Assembly: GCA_964016885.1 (NCBI GenBank) | Contig: OZ024745.1 | Coordinates: 115,754,001-115,818,000, forward strand | Source of the DNA: Eledone cirrhosa | Lineage: Eukaryota | DNA: 64,000 nt | Direction of reading: 5' to 3' | Shown here: positions 57,888-64,000 of the stretch, in pieces | How the letters are laid out: every line of letters starts with the position of its first letter | How positions within the stretch are numbered: the stretch's first letter is position 1 | Made by a program: the position numbers and the translations under genes | The notes under the pieces: model-generated | The model's database searches: none | The model's input: only the letters and a program-made list of their open reading frames with translations | What the model was told of the DNA's origin: nothing

Positions 57888-59330
57888 ATTTATTAATGCA
57901 TGGACAGTTATATGACCTCCTTTTCAGCCGAGAGACATACCAATACATATTCAAACATTGATACATATTCAAACATTGTGGGTCAACATTCATTACAGAA
58001 TTTAGAGTGGCAGTACACACTTCGAGATTACCTTTATATTAATAGGTACAATCAAAAATCAAAGATATAGGTTAAAGTACAACATGAAGATAAGTGGTTA
58101 TATAGTGCAAATGTTATATGTGTGGCACGCATGTGCGTCTTGTTTATATAGTGTGGCAGAGAGATATGTGTGGTAGAGGCACTTAGGTAGGTAAATAAGA
58201 GTGTTAGGTTGGTAGATCTGGTGGCAAAGTCTTTATATGATTGATATAGTCTGTGTGTGGAGAAATATTATAAGCATTAAAGATAGTGCAAGCATTAAAA
58301 GTGTTATAAGTATTGGAGATGCACAGCGCAGGGATGTCAAGTAATTCATGTACTTCGGCATTTTCATGGTCAAGGGAGTGTATATTTCGATTATATGCCT
58401 TTCACATAATCCACGACAATCCAGTTAGAGATCGTAGTCTGGTGTTCTTTAGTTCGATACAGGAGGTTGTTACGTTTCGAGAAACGCCATTGAATACCGG
58501 AAGTGTGTGTGTGGCTAAGGGGAGTTAATGCATGCGGGGAGGTAACTCTGGGGTTTCTATATCTAGCCATTAAAATGTGTCCCAATATAGACCCTAAATT
58601 CTATGGTGAGGTGCACCTTCCAAGAGAGACTTTTAAAGCATAAAGTGTACTAACTGTAGAGTAGTTTAACTAAATTATGCTGAAGGTGATCATATTATTA
58701 TTAAGGTGGATTAACCCATCTTAAGGTGCTACAAATGGAAATTATAGATGATGAGCGAGGATTCTAAATTAATGATCTCTGTGGTTGTAGTCTGCTCATA
58801 TGACCAGGCGCGGTGATTGCAGGATTGCTTCAGGACCCAATGATCTCTGGTAAGATCTGGGTCATCGCTTGCTACATTGGATGTCGAAAGATAATCGTCC
58901 CCAGGCAGGCCAAAGGTCAATCCGCAGTCCTCGCGACCCCTCTCTGACCGTCAGATCATCCATATACGTACAACCCGCACGGCCGTTGCATTGCATTCAC
59001 TCACTGCGCTCAGCAGCCCGGTCCTACTGGTCAACAGCGCTACTCGATTAAATCATTTTACATCTGTCTAAGGAAGGTGTTTCCTCTGCCCAACACCATC
59101 CAACCGATCAATTCATGCTCAAATTACCCTTAGAGCGGTGTAGTGCCGTCCAAGTGGGTGGATGTTGTCACACCTGCCGTAGAGGTATAAATGGGTATTT
59201 TCCCTGCGAAGGGTTCCAGAGGGATGTCGTTGTTTGTGTTATAATGGATCAGCTAGTGTTGGGTATGTAGTATAGGGTGTGTCTCTGGTGTTTGATGCTA
59301 GATGTGGTGTTAGGTTCCAGTCCGACATTG

Positions 59331-61790
59331 CTATATATAGGGCTTAAAGTTTTGGAAGGAATGTCTGAGGCGGTGCTGGCAAGTTGCAAACACCTCAGAT
59401 TTTTTGTTAAGTAGGTTACGGTTGGAGAAGATAATATTGTGTGTCTCTAGTATACAGAGGTTACAGAATTTATTAGGTGGTTTGTACGAGGTCGCGCTGC
59501 CTATCACTTCCCATTTGAGTGTGTATGGTTTATTTTTAGATTTTAGATAGTGTATGTAGCTAGAAAGTGAGGTGGAGTTGGCTAGGCTGTGCTTTTTGAA
59601 CGAGTGGATGTGCGAGTTATATCTGATTTTGAAGCAGTTAGAAGTGGAGCCTACATAGGTTTCTGAAGAGTTATTAGTCGTGACTGTGCATGAGTATATG
59701 ACATCCTTGGTTAGGCATTTTTTATCTAAAGGGCAGGTTCTATTAGCTCTACAATTACAATTATTCTGTGCGTTAGTCCGCTGGTTATAATGCAATGCGG
59801 AAGTCTGTGTGGTGGATATAGGATTTTGGGTGTTCGGGTTGACAACCCTGGTGTTATTACTTATACTAGTGTTATTTCTATTGTTACTGCCGTTGCTATT
59901 GTTGCTTGCTACAGTGGTATTTAGAGGGTTTGCATCCCGTTGTGATTTTGTTTGTTGGAAGTAAGAACTAATTTTACTATTATTGCTGCTAGCTATGTGG
60001 TATGCTAAGTTAGGCGTCGTAGAGTATGAGATTTTAATGGTGTTTTTGTTTAAGAGGTTGTGGTACTTGTGTCCTAGAGGGAAGTTTTTATCTAGTAGTG
60101 AGAAGAAAGCCCTAGGTATGTTGGTGGAGACATTTAGGTTGAAAGGAGGGTTGAAAAATGTATTATTTCTTCTTCTATTTTTGCTTTTAGTGTTTGGTGT
60201 GTTGCTTCCTCCTAAGGCATCACAGTAGTTTCCATGGTAATGGTTACTTCCGGTGGCACCCTCCGCTTTGGTGTACTTGTGGTTGCTATTCCTATTATTA
60301 GATTTCCTCATGGACATGTTGTGCGAGATGATGTTGTAGCTATGTGTTTTCTTAGGTAGGAACTCAATTTCTATATTATGGCCGGAGCTAGCTAATGCTT
60401 GATTGTAATATTGTGAGTTTTTGCTAAATATGTTTGCGTCATAGGACAGACTAGAGATTCTATTGGACACCCCCTTAGAGATAGAGTTTAATATTGATCT
60501 AGGGTGATTAGACTTGGTATCTACGTAAATAAGTTTCTCATTAGGCTTATGGAAAGGTGTATATATTTTTGAGTCTAGGTATAGTGTGGCGTCTAGGAAG
60601 TTAACATTTTTAGTGTTTTTGTCCATGGTGATACTAAGGTTAAAGTTTTTGAATGTCTTATGCAGTTGTTTTCTAGTTCTTTCTATATTAAATTTTTTAT
60701 ATTCTATGAGTAGAAGTGCATCATCGCGGTACAAACCACCGTTGAGGTAAGGGAGGTCTTTATGGATTTCATTGAGGAGGTATAGGCCGACCAAATCAGT
60801 GACCTGCGCCGAGTCACTAGATCCCATGGTTATGTCGAAGTTGTTGTGCGTATCCTTGCGTGTCCATAGTTGGTCCTCGAAGGTGATTATGGTTTTACGG
60901 GCCGCAAGGATGACATCAACCTGGGCTCTAGTCAGGTCGCTATTGGTCATGGCCATGATAAGTGCCTTATTTAATAGGATAGGGGAAATAGAGGTGTAGT
61001 ATGAATTGATATCAAATTGAATAAATTTTTTGTTCTTATTATTCTTGATATCCTTAAACCATTCAATTACTTCACCCGTATTTCCCCATTGTTTAAGGTG
61101 TATCTTGTGTTTAATTTGTGGGATGATTTTATCCAAAATCTTCTTGCTGATAATACCAATGTCGGACTTGGAAGGGCAGATAAGTCTTATCGTGGGGTTG
61201 CTGATGAAGTTCTCCTTATGGTCCTTCAGAGAGAATCTAGGGGGGTTCGGAGTGAAAGGTTGTGTATGCCTCTGTAGTCCTAGTTTAGACACTATATTAT
61301 AACCCTCTACATTAATATCTTCTAAGTTTTTCAAGGTGGTTTTTTTGTAGCTTTTATGTAGTTCATTATATATAAACTTTCTATAAGTAATATAATCTAG
61401 GCTGTATATGTTATTAGTTTTATCTGCGTGTACAATAATTTTATTACTAGTTTTGAATCCACTAATAGAAGTGTTAAGTTTGTTTAAGAAGGTGTTGCTT
61501 CTAATATGGTGCTTATTGTATTTAATGTTCTTAACTAGTTTAACTAGGTCATTTTCAAAGGAGTTAAGTAGAGTGTTATGAGGGGGGCTTTTAAAGGTTT
61601 TAAAGCCGAAGGAGTCAAAATTGTTAGTATTATTCAAGTTGTTAGATTTGTTTCTATCATAATGGAATGTCCTCCATCTCACTCTATTGATAAATGAATT
61701 TACACTGTTGATCAGCAATTTCTCATATGTATTCCTGGATGGTATTGGTATGTTCTTGGTTGACATGGGGAGTTGGTCTTTGATTAGCAT
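59331..61790 (-). CDS. Penelope-like reverse transcriptase / GIY-YIG endonuclease, 819 aa
   Basis: KNIP N-terminus, ADKT, LKDHK..IRLICP, QFDINSYYTSI, ITMGSSDSAQVTDLVG, LYRDD, NFLD, FHKP, CNCx5CPL linker, VIY..TYVG..KIRY..H, CNLCILE, LLNKKSE..CQH. Confidence 0.95.
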   Translation of the reverse strand: MLIKDQLPMSTKNIPIPSRNTYEKLLINSVNSFINRVRWRTFHYDRNKSNNLNNTNNFDSFGFKTFKSPPHNTLLNSFENDLVKLVKNIKYNKHHIRSNTFLNKLNTSISGFKTSNKIIVHADKTNNIYSLDYITYRKFIYNELHKSYKKTTLKNLEDINVEGYNIVSKLGLQRHTQPFTPNPPRFSLKDHKENFISNPTIRLICPSKSDIGIISKKILDKIIPQIKHKIHLKQWGNTGEVIEWFKDIKNNKNKKFIQFDINSYYTSISPILLNKALIMAMTNSDLTRAQVDVILAARKTIITFEDQLWTRKDTHNNFDITMGSSDSAQVTDLVGLYLLNEIHKDLPYLNGGLYRDDALLLIEYKKFNIERTRKQLHKTFKNFNLSITMDKNTKNVNFLDATLYLDSKIYTPFHKPNEKLIYVDTKSNHPRSILNSISKGVSNRISSLSYDANIFSKNSQYYNQALASSGHNIEIEFLPKKTHSYNIISHNMSMRKSNNRNSNHKYTKAEGATGSNHYHGNYCDALGGSNTPNTKSKNRRRNNTFFNPPFNLNVSTNIPRAFFSLLDKNFPLGHKYHNLLNKNTIKISYSTTPNLAYHIASSNNSKISSYFQQTKSQRDANPLNTTVASNNSNGSNNRNNTSISNNTRVVNPNTQNPISTTQTSALHYNQRTNAQNNCNCRANRTCPLDKKCLTKDVIYSCTVTTNNSSETYVGSTSNCFKIRYNSHIHSFKKHSLANSTSLSSYIHYLKSKNKPYTLKWEVIGSATSYKPPNKFCNLCILETHNIIFSNRNLLNKKSEVFATCQHRLRHSFQNFKPYI

Positions 61791-61992
61791 ATTGGCAATA
61801 TTATATGTCAGCTCAACGATATGGAGCAGTTAATAGTATTAGTTATACTATTTATGGTTATGTAAACTGCCACTCTAAATTCTGTAATGAATGTTGACCC
61901 ACAATGTTTGAATATGTATCAATGTTTGAATATGTATTGGTATGTCTCTCGGCTGAAAAGGAGGTCATATAACTGTCCATGCATTAATAAAT

Positions 61993-62039
61993 TGCTCCGA
62001 AGAATCCAAACCTCGGTTTGGAGGAAACAGCTGTAAGCA
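61993..62039 (+). ncRNA. Hammerhead ribozyme in the inverted 5' pLTR copy
   Basis: Exact reverse complement of 57841-57887. Confidence 0.8.
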
Positions 62040-62070
62040 CAATAATGTTTTGAACAGTTCTTTGATTCTT

Positions 62071-62102
<32 letters not shown>

Positions 62103-62104
<2 letters not shown>

Positions 62105-62297
62105 GGAACGAGTAGGATCCCGACGGCTGAGCTCAAGCCGTTTCGACGGCTAATTCTGGACTCTATTAGCCGTCGAAACGGCTTGAGCTCAGCTGTCGGG
62201 GTCCTACTCGTTCCTATTACCCACTCTACTACCTTAAGTATTGAGTACTTTAGTGCGTTATGGTCCACCTGGTTCCTTACCACATTTCCTTCGTTAT
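62103..62297 (+). mobile_element. Family C fold-back element in the same (TA)n tract as the full-length PLE
   Basis: ~50-bp arms ATAGGAACGAGTAGGA..GACGGCTAAT / ATTAGCCGTC..TCCTACTCGTTCCTAT plus family tail. Confidence 0.8.
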
Positions 62298-62327
62298 ATA
62301 TATATATATATATATATACATATATAT

Positions 62328-62411
<84 letters not shown>

Positions 62412-62702
62412 TGTAAAGCATGGTGTCTGACGCTCTACCGATACTGCCAATTCACCACCCTTAAATAATATCGACACATCATACATCCCCATATTTGCTT
62501 CAACCGCCCCATTCATCCACTCTTCCTCTCTTTGCCTCTATCCCCCTCACTATATATATCTTTTACGTCCATTCGTCTTACCATCTCTTTTCATTTGTAT
62601 TTTTCAGCTCTTGCTAGTCTAATACTAATTCTTATTACTTCTACACATGTACCACCCCTCCCTCTATAACTATATATCTATCAATCTCTCACTCTCTCAC
62701 TG

Positions 62703-62751
<49 letters not shown>

Positions 62752-62817
62752 ATATCTATCAATCTCTCTCCCACTCTCTCTATCTTCTCTCTCTCTCTCT
62801 ATCTATCTATCTATCAT

Positions 62818-62847
<30 letters not shown>

Positions 62848-62849
<2 letters not shown>

Positions 62850-63300
62850 GTAAGTTATTCCGGGTTGAATCGGAGGTAACCACAGTAAGTAAGATATTCA
62901 ATACATGGCAAAGTATAAAAGTTTTAATATAGATGAGATTCTACAGGACTAGAACTGTTTCATTCTTTAGAAATCATCAGGATTCCTGATGATTTCTAAA
63001 GAATGAAACAGCAATCCTATGTCTGCAGAAAATTGCCCTTTCTATTTTGCTGTTGAGTAGCATTTTATCGTTCCTTAAGATATGTAGCAATTCAAGGTTG
63101 CAGAACCCGCAATGGGACATACCACTGCTATAGGCCTTTGCGGCCGCTAACTTCGACCAGCTAATATTGTAATCAAGGTTTTTGTCCTTAAGTTGCCAGA
63201 TTTTATTGGCGAGGGTTGTAGAATTTACCAGTGTACGGTTCTTCATTGAATGTCTGTGCCCATACCACCTTTTCTTTAAAACACTCGGGTGGATCCACGT
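62848..63300 (-). pseudogene. Second Naiad-like PLE: GIY-YIG C-terminal fragment with fold-back HHR-like junction
   Basis: KKRWYGHRHS..STTLANKIWQLKD..ISW..AKAY..CGFCNLE..LLNSKIERAIFCRHR; palindrome at 62954-63011 containing CTGATGA..GAAAC. Confidence 0.85.
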
Positions 63301-64000
63301 AGTGCCATGATTCGAACTAACAATCCCAACTTTTAGAATAGGCCACTTAAATACCGAATCTACAACTTCACTTAACACTAAGTAAAACCCATATATCTCT
63401 ATGCACCCACCCTATCATTCTCACTAAGTTGATACAACGAAAATACTTATCTGTCAAACAATAAATCAATCTCCGATTTATTGCTAGTGTGCTTTCAGAC
63501 CTACAGCACACGCGTAAACCTCCCAAATCATGACTACCAGTACATTTTATCAGTATTTCTCCAACACCTTAACATCTAATGTACCCTATAGCAGTTTTCA
63601 CATGTCAATTTGATACATCTGTATCATATCAGTTCGTTTAATATGCTAGATTCACATTATACTCTATTTCTTACTTATACTGATGTTATTATTTTAACTA
63701 TTCAGTATCTAGTTATTTTATTATTGATATTATTGTTCTGGTTTAATACCACTCCTATATAAAAGCCATGCCTTGAGCTTCTTCCTCACTTTCGCACGCT
63801 CTGATGAAACGACTGGTTATAAACAAAGTATTGGAGAGCGAATAACGCAACATCAAGCGAGTAACGAACTCTAGACCTACCAGATCAAAGAAACAATTGT
63901 CAGCAATGTGAATAAAGCCCTTATTGTATAGCCAACCATTTCACTCCTCTTTCTTGAATTATATATATATATATATATATATATGAATATATGAATATAT

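Larger units (their letters stand above)
57634..62082 (-). mobile_element. Full-length Naiad-like Penelope-like retroelement
   Basis: Intact ORF; 35-nt direct repeat 57634-57668 / 61833-61867; 217-bp inverted pLTR copy 57798-58014 / 61866-62082; (TA)n on both flanks. Confidence 0.92.

Noticed and set aside
58828-58868. ATGA...hairpin...GA in the PLE 3' UTR as a SECIS element
   Set aside because: No apical AA, the 3' GA is out of register with the helix, and the ORF has no in-frame UGA
58925-58945. TCCTCGC resembling the HDV ribozyme L3 loop
   Set aside because: Flanking P3/P1 pairings are not found and it lies antisense to the element
59983-61302. Plus-strand ORFs overlapping the PLE gene
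   Set aside because: Antisense shadows of the real ORF with no motifs

Overview
AT-rich, repeat-dominated animal DNA with no convincing host protein-coding exon. The tRNA-derived SINE families and dense microsatellites point to an octopus/cephalopod genome (inference). The only intact long ORF (59331-61790, minus, 819 aa) is a Penelope-like retroelement (RT + C-terminal GIY-YIG, Naiad-like). It has its full terminal structure: a 3' pLTR with a hammerhead ribozyme (HHR), a 35-nt terminal redundancy, an apparently identical 217-bp inverted 5' pLTR copy and (TA)n flanks. The main pattern is at least seven unrelated short fold-back families, mostly in (TA)n tracts, carrying complete, variant or truncated type-I hammerhead motifs, several with long stem II inserts or a CCGA/UUGA core. 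One is a non-coding 487-nt monomer with terminal redundancy (retrozyme-like). Also present: decayed Neptune- and Penelope/Poseidon-like PLEs, a hAT transposon relic, RTE, Tx1/L1-like and CRE-like LINE fragments, tandem Helitron-like elements, two SINE families, a 209-bp tandem array hit repeatedly by SINEs, a 40-bp minisatellite and a 200-N gap. All calls were made by eye; no searches or folding programs were run.
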